From: an uncultured virus (IMG/VR IMGVR_UViG_3300033487_000001)
Taxonomy: Duplodnaviria; Heunggongvirae; Uroviricota; Caudoviricetes
Length of the DNA: 20,000 nt
Direction: 5' to 3' (one strand)
IMG/VR virus record: IMGVR_UViG_3300033487_000001
The translations under genes were made by a program, and so were the position numbers. The notes under the pieces were generated by a model. That model did no database searches, had not been told where the DNA came from, and saw only the letters and a program-made list of their open reading frames with translations. This document shows, in pieces, positions 8,338 through 15,839 of the stretch. Each line of letters begins with the position of its first letter. Within the stretch, counting starts at the first letter, position 1.

Positions 8338-9213
8338 TCACTCTGACGTGCCGCGCAGCTGGTTATTCAGGTGTCGCTTGAACAGCTGAGCGGTATTCCG
8401 ACCGATCGCCGCCCGCGCCGCCTTGCTGTCCACGATCTCTCCGCGCCCTTCTCGAAGCACGTCGTCGACCATCGCCGCGATCACATCGCGGGTCTGCTCG
8501 ACGCCGACACCCGCCGGCATCTTGTCCAGGACGTGACGCAGCCGTTCCATGGTGACCCATTCGTCGGCGATGGCCACGGCGTCGTCCAGCACCGCTTGCT
8601 CGGCCGGATCTACGACCCGGCGCGGAGTCTTGGTCTCGCGCTCCTCGTCACGCTTGTGCTTCGCGATGAGGCGCTCTCCGCTTGGTGACGGCGCCTCCGT
8701 CAGCGGACGCAGCACTACCCCCTCACGCGGCTTGTCGCCGACGACGCCATTGCGCCTCGCCTGCTCCGACGGAGCATCACGCTCGGCGTCCAGCGACGAC
8801 AGCAGGGTACTAACGCGTCGGTACCACACGAATTCAAGTCCAAGCAGCTCCGCGGTGTATGCGGCGCTCGGAACGGAAAGCCAGTCGCCGTCGAGCATCA
8901 CGTCGAACGCGACAAAGCGCAGGTCGGGACCATACCGCCACGACTGGGCCTGCTGCTTGCCGCCGTATGCCTCGCCATAGACCGTCGCCGCACAGTTGGG
9001 CGCGATGCGGCGGAATGCCGCCGTCAGGCGCTCCTGATCGAACAGAGCCGCGAACCGGTCGTGCTTCTCGCCGCCGGCGTGGAACGTCAGCCGGCCATTT
9101 TTCCAGCTGACACGCGCCGACGTGCCGTGGATCTTTTCGAGCGCGTAGCACTCCTCGTGCAGAAGGATGGCCTGGTTCTTGTACAGGTTGTCAATGTGCA
9201 GGTATCCCATCAT
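8338..9213 (-). CDS. ATP-dependent RNA ligase, Rnl2 family, including the C-terminal domain
   Basis: Motif I EKIHGTS (T4 Rnl2 EKIHGTN), III YGEAYG, IIIa FVAFDV, IV REGVVLRP, V IAKHK; C-terminal WVTMERLRHVLDK and MVDDVLRE resemble the Rnl2 C-domain. Confidence 0.9.
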   Translation of the reverse strand: MMGYLHIDNLYKNQAILLHEECYALEKIHGTSARVSWKNGRLTFHAGGEKHDRFAALFDQERLTAAFRRIAPNCAATVYGEAYGGKQQAQSWRYGPDLRFVAFDVMLDGDWLSVPSAAYTAELLGLEFVWYRRVSTLLSSLDAERDAPSEQARRNGVVGDKPREGVVLRPLTEAPSPSGERLIAKHKRDEERETKTPRRVVDPAEQAVLDDAVAIADEWVTMERLRHVLDKMPAGVGVEQTRDVIAAMVDDVLREGRGEIVDSKAARAAIGRNTAQLFKRHLNNQLRGTSE

Positions 9214-9224
9214 GTCACCTTTTT

Positions 9225-9515
9225 TCAGTCACCGCACCATGGACACGTATCCGCTTGGCATCGGCACGGAGCCGATTGCGGCTCCAGGTGGCAATGGTTC
9301 GGATGACTGCCGCCGCAGTTGCTGCAGTGTGCCAGCCCCGTACGCGCCTCCCTCAACAGGGCCTCTCCGGCTTGGGTGTATATCCGCGCTCGGTTACGGT
9401 ACACGCAGGTAGATCCGAACGGACGACCATCCGCCTCTTCTCTGGCGGCGCGCTCTCGCTGCAGCTCGGCCAACATGAACCATTCCCGCGCGTGATCCTG
9501 TAGCGACTTGTCCAT
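9225..9515 (-). CDS. Hypothetical protein with a Cys/His-rich C-terminus
   Basis: GGGAG before ATG at 9515 (MDKSLQ); HCSNC..H..HCH...CRC...CPWC. Confidence 0.7.
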   Translation of the reverse strand: MDKSLQDHAREWFMLAELQRERAAREEADGRPFGSTCVYRNRARIYTQAGEALLREARTGLAHCSNCGGSHPNHCHLEPQSAPCRCQADTCPWCGD

Positions 9516-9539
9516 ACCCAGTCTCCCTGCCAACGTCGC

Positions 9540-9842
9540 TTACGCAGGCACGCCGTACATCTCCGCGCACGCCGCACGGTACTTTTCGTCGGTGTGCTTC
9601 ATCACCAGCTGCGCAAACGCGCGGCGGCACACGTCGGCCGCGATCTTGCTGTCGCGCCGAGATCCGTACAGCGGCTTAATGCAGTTCAGTGACACACCCC
9701 CCAGCCAGTTGCAGGCGAACACGTATCCATTGTACGACATGGTCGCTGTGACGCCGGACGCGTCCTCAAACACGCGAAGTCCGCTCACGCGGACCAGCGG
9801 GTTGATGGTATCGGCGATGCCACGGTTGCTGCTGTTGTTCAT
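9540..9842 (-). CDS. Hypothetical protein (100 aa), possibly leaderless
   Basis: ATG at 9842 (MNNSSNRG) has no SD and directly follows the conserved upstream motif. The longer 9971 start would overlap the upstream gene. Confidence 0.65.
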   Translation of the reverse strand: MNNSSNRGIADTINPLVRVSGLRVFEDASGVTATMSYNGYVFACNWLGGVSLNCIKPLYGSRRDSKIAADVCRRAFAQLVMKHTDEKYRAACAEMYGVPA

Positions 9843-9893
9843 GACAGGTTGTACGGACAGCGAGCGAGAAGCTTCTGCCCCAGCGTCGTTTTT
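9843..9893 (-). promoter_or_regulatory. Putative promoter, copy 1 of motif AAAARCGA-N9-AGAA-N14-GTCCGTAYAACC-N4-ATG
   Basis: Minus strand AAAAACGACGCTGGGGCAGAAGCTTCTCGCTCGCTGTCCGTACAACCTGTC-ATG aligns without gaps to 14964-15014. Confidence 0.6.
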
Positions 9894-9930
9894 TTGTCTG
9901 CGCCGTGACAATCGCGGGTGACGATGTGGT

Positions 9931-10143
9931 CTATTGTGTGTTTTGGTGCTCAAACAGCGCCATGTACACACACGCCGTCATGATCATGCCCCCGACTAGG
10001 TCGCGTCGGTGTCTGCGGGGCGACACACACTCCGCAGTCTCGCAGTGACGCACCACCGGCACCCCGACGAACCACCCGAAGACTGCCGAGACCACGAAGA
10101 CGCGCGCCAGCTCACCGAACGCGGTCCTCGTGCCCTCAGTCAT
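9931..10143 (-). CDS. Small membrane protein (70 aa)
   Basis: Start overlaps the upstream stop; two hydrophobic stretches. Confidence 0.6.
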   Translation of the reverse strand: MTEGTRTAFGELARVFVVSAVFGWFVGVPVVRHCETAECVSPRRHRRDLVGGMIMTACVYMALFEHQNTQ

Positions 10144-10573
10144 GCTCGTATTCTTCGACCTCGAAGCCGAGGCGCGTGGCCGTCACGCGCACATGGTCGC
10201 CGAAAACGGAGCGCATGACCTCCTGGTCGCGAGACTCTTTCTCAAAACGCTTGAGACGGGCGCTCAGTGACCTGAATGCATCATTGTTCCGCAGCGAGTA
10301 CAGCTCGTAGCTCTTCGGCTCATCGTCGTCGCCATCGCTGCCATATTTGGGGGCGACGGCGCCCGCAAGCTCGTACCTAAAGTCGAGCGCCATGAACACG
10401 CACGGATCCCCGTCGTTGAAGTACGGGGTGTACTGACTCCACCTGACCGCCAGCACCTCCGGACAACTCTGGAACATCTCCAGAAACACTGTCTTCAGCG
10501 CCTCCTTTCCCTCGCGCTCGATCTGCTGCTGCAGCTCGTTCTTCCGCTTGCGAATTTCGTCCAACGCACCCAT
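10136..10573 (-). CDS. Conserved-looking phage hypothetical protein (WSQYTPYFNDGDPC motif)
   Basis: AAGGAG RBS; motifs VRWSQYTPYFNDGDPCVF and FGDHVRVTATR.GFEVEEYEHD, which I recall from uncharacterised phage proteins. Confidence 0.8.
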   Translation of the reverse strand: MGALDEIRKRKNELQQQIEREGKEALKTVFLEMFQSCPEVLAVRWSQYTPYFNDGDPCVFMALDFRYELAGAVAPKYGSDGDDDEPKSYELYSLRNNDAFRSLSARLKRFEKESRDQEVMRSVFGDHVRVTATRLGFEVEEYEHD

Positions 10574-10587
10574 TGCTCGCTCCTTGT

Positions 10588-10938
10588 CTAATCGACCAAC
10601 GGAATCCGCTTGGTAACCCTGATCCTGGCACCCAGCACGTCCGACAGCGGTAGCCCGACCAGGCAGTCTTGCAGCGTCGGGATCGTGCCCAGGTCGTCCA
10701 GCACGTGCTGCTCGCCGAGGTCACGCACGCATACGACGCGACCGTCGCTGTTCGTGATCGTCGCGCCGAAGACCTGCGCGCACAGGTAGATGCCGAAGGC
10801 GTTGTGCAGCACGGCGCGGTGCCTCATGTCCGGCACGTAGGCCTTCGTCTGGTCGAACCATTCGTGGACCGCCAGGTAGTCTTCTGGCTTGCCACCGTGC
10901 TTGCGCACGCTGGCGAGCGCGTGGAGATACGGTTTCAT
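10588..10938 (-). CDS. DUF6915-like protein (His-rich, possible metal-binding)
   Basis: MKPYLHA.AS.RK.GG.PEDY..VH.WFD.TK....D.RHRA.LH..FGI....VFG..ITNSDG..V.VR..GEQHV.DD.G.IPT matches the family pattern as I recall it. Confidence 0.8.
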   Translation of the reverse strand: MKPYLHALASVRKHGGKPEDYLAVHEWFDQTKAYVPDMRHRAVLHNAFGIYLCAQVFGATITNSDGRVVCVRDLGEQHVLDDLGTIPTLQDCLVGLPLSDVLGARIRVTKRIPLVD

Positions 10939-10949
10939 GTGACACCACA

Positions 10950-11120
10950 CTACTCGTCGAGTAGGTCCGGGTTGGGGTCTCGGACTTCAAGCGCGGCCCG
11001 CAGCGCCTCGATCAACTTTTCCAGGTCAGCGCGCGACAGCCTGCCGTCCGCAAAAATGATCGTCTCCGTGGCGTCGTAGCGCACACACACCGTGTCGTCG
11101 GTATTCGTGTAGCGCAGCAT
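10950..11120 (-). CDS. Small hypothetical protein (56 aa)
   Basis: Below the track cutoff. Manual translation MLRYTNTDDTVCVRYDATETIIFADGRLSRADLEKLIEALRAALEVRDPNPDLLDE* fills the gap between neighbours. Confidence 0.65.
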   Translation of the reverse strand: MLRYTNTDDTVCVRYDATETIIFADGRLSRADLEKLIEALRAALEVRDPNPDLLDE

Positions 11121-11127
11121 AGCTGCG

Positions 11128-11316
11128 CTACCGGCTCGGTGCGTGTCCGCCGCTGCGGATCATGCGCGCGACGGACTCGACGGCAAAGATCGTGCTAGCG
11201 GCATCGGGCGTTTTGGCTCGCATGCGCCTCGCCAGCTCGTCGCAGATGCAGGCGGCACGCTCTCTCTCGCCGAGAATCGCCATCCGTACGTCGTCCGCGA
11301 TCCCGTTCGCGCTCAT
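11128..11316 (-). CDS. Hypothetical protein (62 aa)
   Basis: GAGGAGG RBS and ATGA overlap; ERERAACICD...A..IR pattern common in small phage proteins. Confidence 0.75.
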   Translation of the reverse strand: MSANGIADDVRMAILGERERAACICDELARRMRAKTPDAASTIFAVESVARMIRSGGHAPSR

Positions 11317-11546
11317 CGTATATCCTCCTCGGTCACCGAAGCCACATCCACATCTTCCCAGGACGCCACCAGATCGCGTACCGCGGCCTCCAGCGACTCA
11401 GATTCGTACATGCTGCGAGATACCTGCCCGTTGATCCGGATCGCCCAATCGAGCCCCAGATCACTGCCCGCCTCGACGAGGATCTTGCTTCCGTCGTAGG
11501 TCGTCGCGACGAACCTGCGCTTCAGCTCCCAGTCTTTGAACCTCAC
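11313..11546 (-). CDS. Hypothetical protein (77 aa)
   Basis: GTGA overlap at 11543-11546 (MRFKDWELKRR); only the 3' part of the 295-aa track ORF looks protein-like. Confidence 0.65.
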   Translation of the reverse strand: MRFKDWELKRRFVATTYDGSKILVEAGSDLGLDWAIRINGQVSRSMYESESLEAAVRDLVASWEDVDVASVTEEDIR

Positions 11547-12193
11547 GGCGACCACACCTGTCCCATTACGACCGCAGAAAACCGAAAGCACGCGAGCGCG
11601 CCGGGCGTGTTGGTTGCGAAATACCAGCCGCGCGTCGAACGGTCGCGTCCCATCGCGTCGCCGGCCGGATAGACCACGGAGCCGTACGACCAGAGACCCA
11701 TCGAGTTGTCGACGCCGATGGTGGCGCTCGACGCGTCTTTGACGTATGTCACCACGCTTGTGGTGGTACCGCACGGCGCCAGCGACGTGATCTGCACGTA
11801 CTCGTTCAGGATGTAGTGCACGTATCCGTTGATCGCCTGGATCTGGACGCACACACCCTGGAACGGAGACGGAATGCCGGCCTCTCCGTACGGCGAGGCG
11901 TTGCACGGTCCGTCGACGGCGCGACCTGGCAGCTGGTGCAGCAGCACCGCGGCGAACGAAGGCGTCGTGGGGCCTGCGGGGCCCGACGACTGCGTCCCGA
12001 GGGTCGTGTCGGTGGCGTACTGCACCACGCTGCCCTGCGGGTCTCGCCACACGAGATCGAGGCGACCGTCGTGGTAGTATCCGTCGAAACCCGCAATCTG
12101 GCTGGGAGGCGTGGGGGGCGGGTCCGGTAGTTCTGCGTTGCACGCCACCGACAAACACAGCATCAGCCCAACGATCTTGCTTATCCGCGACAT
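11543..12193 (-). CDS. Putative lipoprotein
   Basis: ATG at 12193 gives MSRISKIVGLMLCLSVA-C (basic N-region, hydrophobic core, lipobox-like SVAC), then a Pro-rich linker and a beta-rich body. Confidence 0.7.
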   Translation of the reverse strand: MSRISKIVGLMLCLSVACNAELPDPPPTPPSQIAGFDGYYHDGRLDLVWRDPQGSVVQYATDTTLGTQSSGPAGPTTPSFAAVLLHQLPGRAVDGPCNASPYGEAGIPSPFQGVCVQIQAINGYVHYILNEYVQITSLAPCGTTTSVVTYVKDASSATIGVDNSMGLWSYGSVVYPAGDAMGRDRSTRGWYFATNTPGALACFRFSAVVMGQVWSP

Positions 12194-12257
12194 GGTCCAA
12201 TCCTGCCCTTCTGGTTTTATCGGAACATACACTGCGTCGACGTCGACGGTACGAAGA

Positions 12258-12500
12258 TTATTCATCGTCCAGCGGCATCACATCGATGATCTCGTCCGGC
12301 GTCCCGTCTAGCTCTCCGGACGTGACCCATTCACCTTCAGACGCTCCGCGCGCGCACTGCCAACACAGACCCATCACCCCGCGCTCCTGCGCCTTGGCAC
12401 GCGCTTCCTCTTCGCTGTCGGCGACGACGTCCGTGTGCATGCTGATCGTCACGTGCGCCACGACGCGGTAGCGGCGGCCGGTCTTTTGTGGAGTTCTCAT
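12258..12500 (-). CDS. Small protein with V.A.SEEEA motif (DpnD/PcfM-like), paralog of 12497-12730
   Basis: RYRVVAHVTISMHTDVVADSEEEARAKA; start overlaps the upstream stop. Confidence 0.75.
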   Translation of the reverse strand: MRTPQKTGRRYRVVAHVTISMHTDVVADSEEEARAKAQERGVMGLCWQCARGASEGEWVTSGELDGTPDEIIDVMPLDDE

Positions 12501-12730
12501 AACGCGTGCTTCCCTTCCACGGGATTGACCTCGACAATGTCAGCCGGCGATTGATCTGGCGAGCAAGCAAACGCCCACTGTGCATCGGCGTTTCCTGGTA
12601 TGTATTGCCAAGTGCGATCCAATGACAGTCTGCGCGCCTCGTCTTCGTTGGTCGCCCAGACGTCGGTGTGCAGGCGAACAGAAATAATCGACACGACGCG
12701 GTAACAACGCAGCCTATCCGTTTCACTCAT
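12497..12730 (-). CDS. Small protein, paralog of 12258-12500
   Basis: ATG at 12730 (MSETDRL) with AAGGA upstream; CYRVVSIISVRLHTDVWATNEDEARRLS. Confidence 0.75.
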   Translation of the reverse strand: MSETDRLRCYRVVSIISVRLHTDVWATNEDEARRLSLDRTWQYIPGNADAQWAFACSPDQSPADIVEVNPVEGKHAL

Positions 12731-13691
12731 AGCGTTTCCTTTTTTTTGGCGCAGCGACGCGTAGCCCACACGTACACCGTTCGTCGCTGATGTCCGTAGA
12801 TCCTGCGCCGCACCGCGGCGCATGAACACCGTACCTAACCAACGCCTCCCGCGCCGCGGCCAGCTGTTCGAGAGCGGCGTCGCGATCCGCCTCCGCCTGC
12901 ACCACCCTCGACTCCAGGGCCACCACGCCGGCCAAGGTAGAAGCCGACTCGCCACCGCGGAAGAAGACGCTCAGCAAGTCGGTCTCGACCGCGCCTTCCC
13001 GATGAGCCTTGTTGACGTAGTGTGTCACGAGGCGACGCGTGTTACGAATCGCCTCCATGACCACGTCGCGCGTGACGGTGTCGGGCGAGTACCGGTGCGC
13101 GCCTTTGCCACATCCTCCGGAACACCAGACGAAGTGCAGCGCGTCCAGCTCACGGTTACGCTTCTCGGCAACCTCGCGCATGATCGTCAGCTGCCGCGCC
13201 TGCTCCTTGCACTTACGCTGCACCGCGACTAGCTCGCACAGGACGGCCGCGCGATCCGGGGCCGCGATCTTCAGCGCCTCAACGGCACGACCCTCGGCCG
13301 CCTCCGCGGCGATCACCCTGTCGACATAGCTGTGCATCCAAGCTGTGCCGGCACGATGCTGCCGCTCGCGCTCGTCACGCTCGTCAACCACGCGGGCATA
13401 CTGAAGCTCGGCCCATTCCAGATGGGCGCGAATCGTCTCGGCCTCCTCGGCTACCGCAGCGGCCTTGCTCCGCTCCACCGCCAACTCACTGCGCAGCGCG
13501 TCGAGAGCCTCTAGCCCCTCGCGCATCGCGCGGCCAGCCGCGGCCTCGGCGCCCTGAGCGCGTAACTGCATGCGTACGAATCCGGCGCGCAAACGTCGGC
13601 ATTCTTTAGACAGCCTGCGCCACAACTCGCGCGCGTTGTCGCGCTCAGCCACCGCCTGCTTCCTGTGACGGGAAAACAGGCCACCGATCAC
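12723..13691 (-). CDS. Coiled-coil protein with a Cys/His motif (LDALHFVWCSGGC..G.HRY)
   Basis: GTGA overlap at 13688-13691; long Ala/Glu/Arg heptad-like stretches; C-terminal H...C...CTC. Confidence 0.75.
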   Translation of the reverse strand: MIGGLFSRHRKQAVAERDNARELWRRLSKECRRLRAGFVRMQLRAQGAEAAAGRAMREGLEALDALRSELAVERSKAAAVAEEAETIRAHLEWAELQYARVVDERDERERQHRAGTAWMHSYVDRVIAAEAAEGRAVEALKIAAPDRAAVLCELVAVQRKCKEQARQLTIMREVAEKRNRELDALHFVWCSGGCGKGAHRYSPDTVTRDVVMEAIRNTRRLVTHYVNKAHREGAVETDLLSVFFRGGESASTLAGVVALESRVVQAEADRDAALEQLAAAREALVRYGVHAPRCGAGSTDISDERCTCGLRVAAPKKRKRYE

Positions 13692-14149
13692 AGCTTTACC
13701 TCTTTGTCTGCGTCGAGAATACAAGTGCATACGTTACCGTCGCACTGGGTATCAGCCTGTACAGCCACGAGATCATCTCGTCGGCTTACAGCGCCAGATA
13801 CGACGAACTCGCAACACTCTCCCCATAGCCTATCGGTATCTGAATCTACACCGCCGATGCCTTGGTCATATCGCACAAACGCTAAGATGTGCTCCCGTGA
13901 CGGCCCGGTCACCAGCTTCGATTCGCGAGGAATGACTGCCCAGTAGCTGTCTCTGTCGTCTGCGAATGGATAATTCCTCCATCTTTCTTGGATAGCGAAG
14001 AAGTCGCTTAGGTCCTCTTCTGCGCCGAAGAACCGATCGGCCATGCGGTGGCCGACGGTCGATTGGCCGTGCTCGTTGGCGCCACACGTGCACGGCTCGT
14101 CACCGTGAGCCGACGGCCATGGACACGACGGATCATGCTTGGACGACAT
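13688..14149 (-). CDS. Hypothetical protein (153 aa)
   Basis: GAGGGAG RBS; N-terminal H...C...H...CTC. Confidence 0.75.
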   Translation of the reverse strand: MSSKHDPSCPWPSAHGDEPCTCGANEHGQSTVGHRMADRFFGAEEDLSDFFAIQERWRNYPFADDRDSYWAVIPRESKLVTGPSREHILAFVRYDQGIGGVDSDTDRLWGECCEFVVSGAVSRRDDLVAVQADTQCDGNVCTCILDADKEVKL

Positions 14150-14174
14150 AATTGCTCCCTCTGTCTGTACCGAC

Positions 14175-14690
14175 CTACCGCCTACGCGGCCTCTTCAGCG
14201 AGGCTTCATACGACTCTTTGTCTGGCGCGTCCAGCAGCAGCCTCTCGGTGCCGTTACGCAGCGCGTGGCCAGCCTCGCGGTGCTTCCACGTATACCACTT
14301 CGCCAGCTCATCCTCCTCGGCTTCCTTGCTCCAGACGCGCATGCCCATGCTCTCAGCCAGCACCGCCTGACTCAGCTCACGCGTCTCGGCGAAGACGCTG
14401 GCGCCGAGCGCGCCGCGGTCGTACTCGCGCATAGCGGCGCGAACGCAGTCCGCGTACTCGCCGCGCGCTAGCACGTTGCGTCCCGCCCAAAAGTACTCCG
14501 CGATCCAGTAGCCGCGATACTCGTTCCAGGAGACCGAAACGCTGTGGCCGTTGTAGTCGGCGTTCGAGGCCGCCGCGGCGTAGCGCGGCGATCCGGTCGC
14601 GATGGCGATCCGGTTGATCGCGGCGACCACGTCGTACGGACGCATAGGGGCGAACATGCGCGGCGGGTCGTTGGTCTTCATCTTGGTCAT
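14175..14690 (-). CDS. Hypothetical protein (171 aa)
   Basis: Protein-like composition with high GC3; GGAG near the tandem Met codons. Confidence 0.8.
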   Translation of the reverse strand: MTKMKTNDPPRMFAPMRPYDVVAAINRIAIATGSPRYAAAASNADYNGHSVSVSWNEYRGYWIAEYFWAGRNVLARGEYADCVRAAMREYDRGALGASVFAETRELSQAVLAESMGMRVWSKEAEEDELAKWYTWKHREAGHALRNGTERLLLDAPDKESYEASLKRPRRR

Positions 14691-14711
14691 CTCCGTGGTG
14701 TGATCGACGCG

Positions 14712-14963
14712 CTAGGCAGCCAGTTCATTCACACGAACTCCAGCCAGCGTCTGAATCGCCGCCACGCGCGACGCACAGCCCAGCACCAGCACCTCGCCGC
14801 GCGCCGACCAGACCCACCAGTCGCCGCCCGCCGTGTCGACCAGCAGACGCTCGCAGCGGATGCGAGCGTAGGCGTGATGCATCTTGCTTTTGCAGCCTTG
14901 GCAGTAACCGCTGCAGCCGGTCGTTCGGCCGCCGCACCCAACACAGCTCCATGACTTGCTCAT
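14712..14963 (-). CDS. Small Cys-rich protein (CVGC...C..YCQGC), possibly leaderless
   Basis: First gene after the AT-rich island; no SD (upstream is CCCTCC). Confidence 0.7.
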   Translation of the reverse strand: MSKSWSCVGCGGRTTGCSGYCQGCKSKMHHAYARIRCERLLVDTAGGDWWVWSARGEVLVLGCASRVAAIQTLAGVRVNELAA

Positions 14964-15014
14964 GGAGGGTTATACGGACGAGTATGACGGTTATTCTTTG
15001 CGCGGTTCGCTTTT
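14964..15014 (-). promoter_or_regulatory. Putative promoter, copy 2 of the conserved motif
   Basis: Minus strand AAAAGCGAACCGCGCAAAGAATAACCGTCATACTCGTCCGTATAACCCTCC-ATG; same block spacing as 9843-9893. Confidence 0.6.
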
Positions 15015-15050
15015 GGTAACTATATGTAATTATTATACTTTTATGACAAG
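15011..15050 (-). promoter_or_regulatory. AT-rich island with sigma70-like hexamers
   Basis: Minus strand TTGTCATAAAAGTATAATAATTACATATAGTTACCAAAA contains a perfect TATAAT and TTGTCA-N19-TATAGT; the most AT-rich stretch in the window. Confidence 0.55.
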
Positions 15051-15781
15051 GCAACGCGGCTCGGAAGAACCAAGTGAGCCTCGCCGTGCCACTCTCCGTC
15101 GGACCTACATCCGGTATCTCTGTACGTGCCAAGCGGATCCATGATGGCGGGGTATCTGCCGAACAGCGGCGTGTACTTTGCGGCCCGCCACCTGAATCGC
15201 TGTGGAGGCTGCGAAGAGTTCTGCAGCGCAATGCTTTCGGCCGCCAGCACCGCTGAGGCCAAACACGACACGAGCACGCATAGTCCGACTGTGGCGGGAC
15301 AGGCCTCTTCTGAGGCCGTGGTCGCCGGCTGCGAACACACGAACACCTGCCCGGTGTCTCGGCTGATGTACACGTCTCCCGGCACCGCTTGGGCCTCCGA
15401 TGGCGGAGGCATGTCGGCTATCATGCCGGTCGCCACTCTGCCTGTATGAGAGGGCGCGGAGCCCAGTGCCGACTCTGTCCACATGAGCGGTCGCGAGAAA
15501 ACACGCCGCGGATTATCGACCCATCCGTGCCTGTCCAACCGCGTGCAGATCGATTCCCAGGCCTCTCGCGGATCCATGGAGGCGTCCACACAGATCGTGC
15601 TCGTGTGTTCGCCATCGGCGTCGTACGTGCTTAAACAATTGCCCCAGGCATCGCAAAGCAACGCGCTTGCGCCCAGCTTCTCGATCCAGTGGTCCAACGG
15701 CCTGTCGGTGACGCAAGCCAACGCTTCCGCCGCGAGACTCCTGGCCACGGAAACACACCGTGTCTCTGGTTTGACTGTCAC
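15041..15781 (-). CDS. Hypothetical protein (246 aa)
   Basis: GGAG before GTG; ends in TAA at the edge of the AT island. Confidence 0.7.
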   Translation of the reverse strand: MTVKPETRCVSVARSLAAEALACVTDRPLDHWIEKLGASALLCDAWGNCLSTYDADGEHTSTICVDASMDPREAWESICTRLDRHGWVDNPRRVFSRPLMWTESALGSAPSHTGRVATGMIADMPPPSEAQAVPGDVYISRDTGQVFVCSQPATTASEEACPATVGLCVLVSCLASAVLAAESIALQNSSQPPQRFRWRAAKYTPLFGRYPAIMDPLGTYRDTGCRSDGEWHGEAHLVLPSRVALS

Positions 15782-15839
15782 GTGGTCTGCTCCGTGTTTT
15801 ATGGTCGCTCCATACGCTTTGAATCGTCGCGGATCATAA

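Noticed and set aside
11547..12200. 5' portion of the 295-aa track ORF 11313-12200
   Set aside because: It is an alternative frame over the lipoprotein gene with Arg-rich junk composition; the GTGA overlap at 11546 marks the likelier start.
12740..12747. A8 run as a frameshift or phase-variation site
   Set aside because: It lies in the last codons of a gene (PKKRK) and merges with the purine-rich RBS of the next gene, which is a sufficient explanation.
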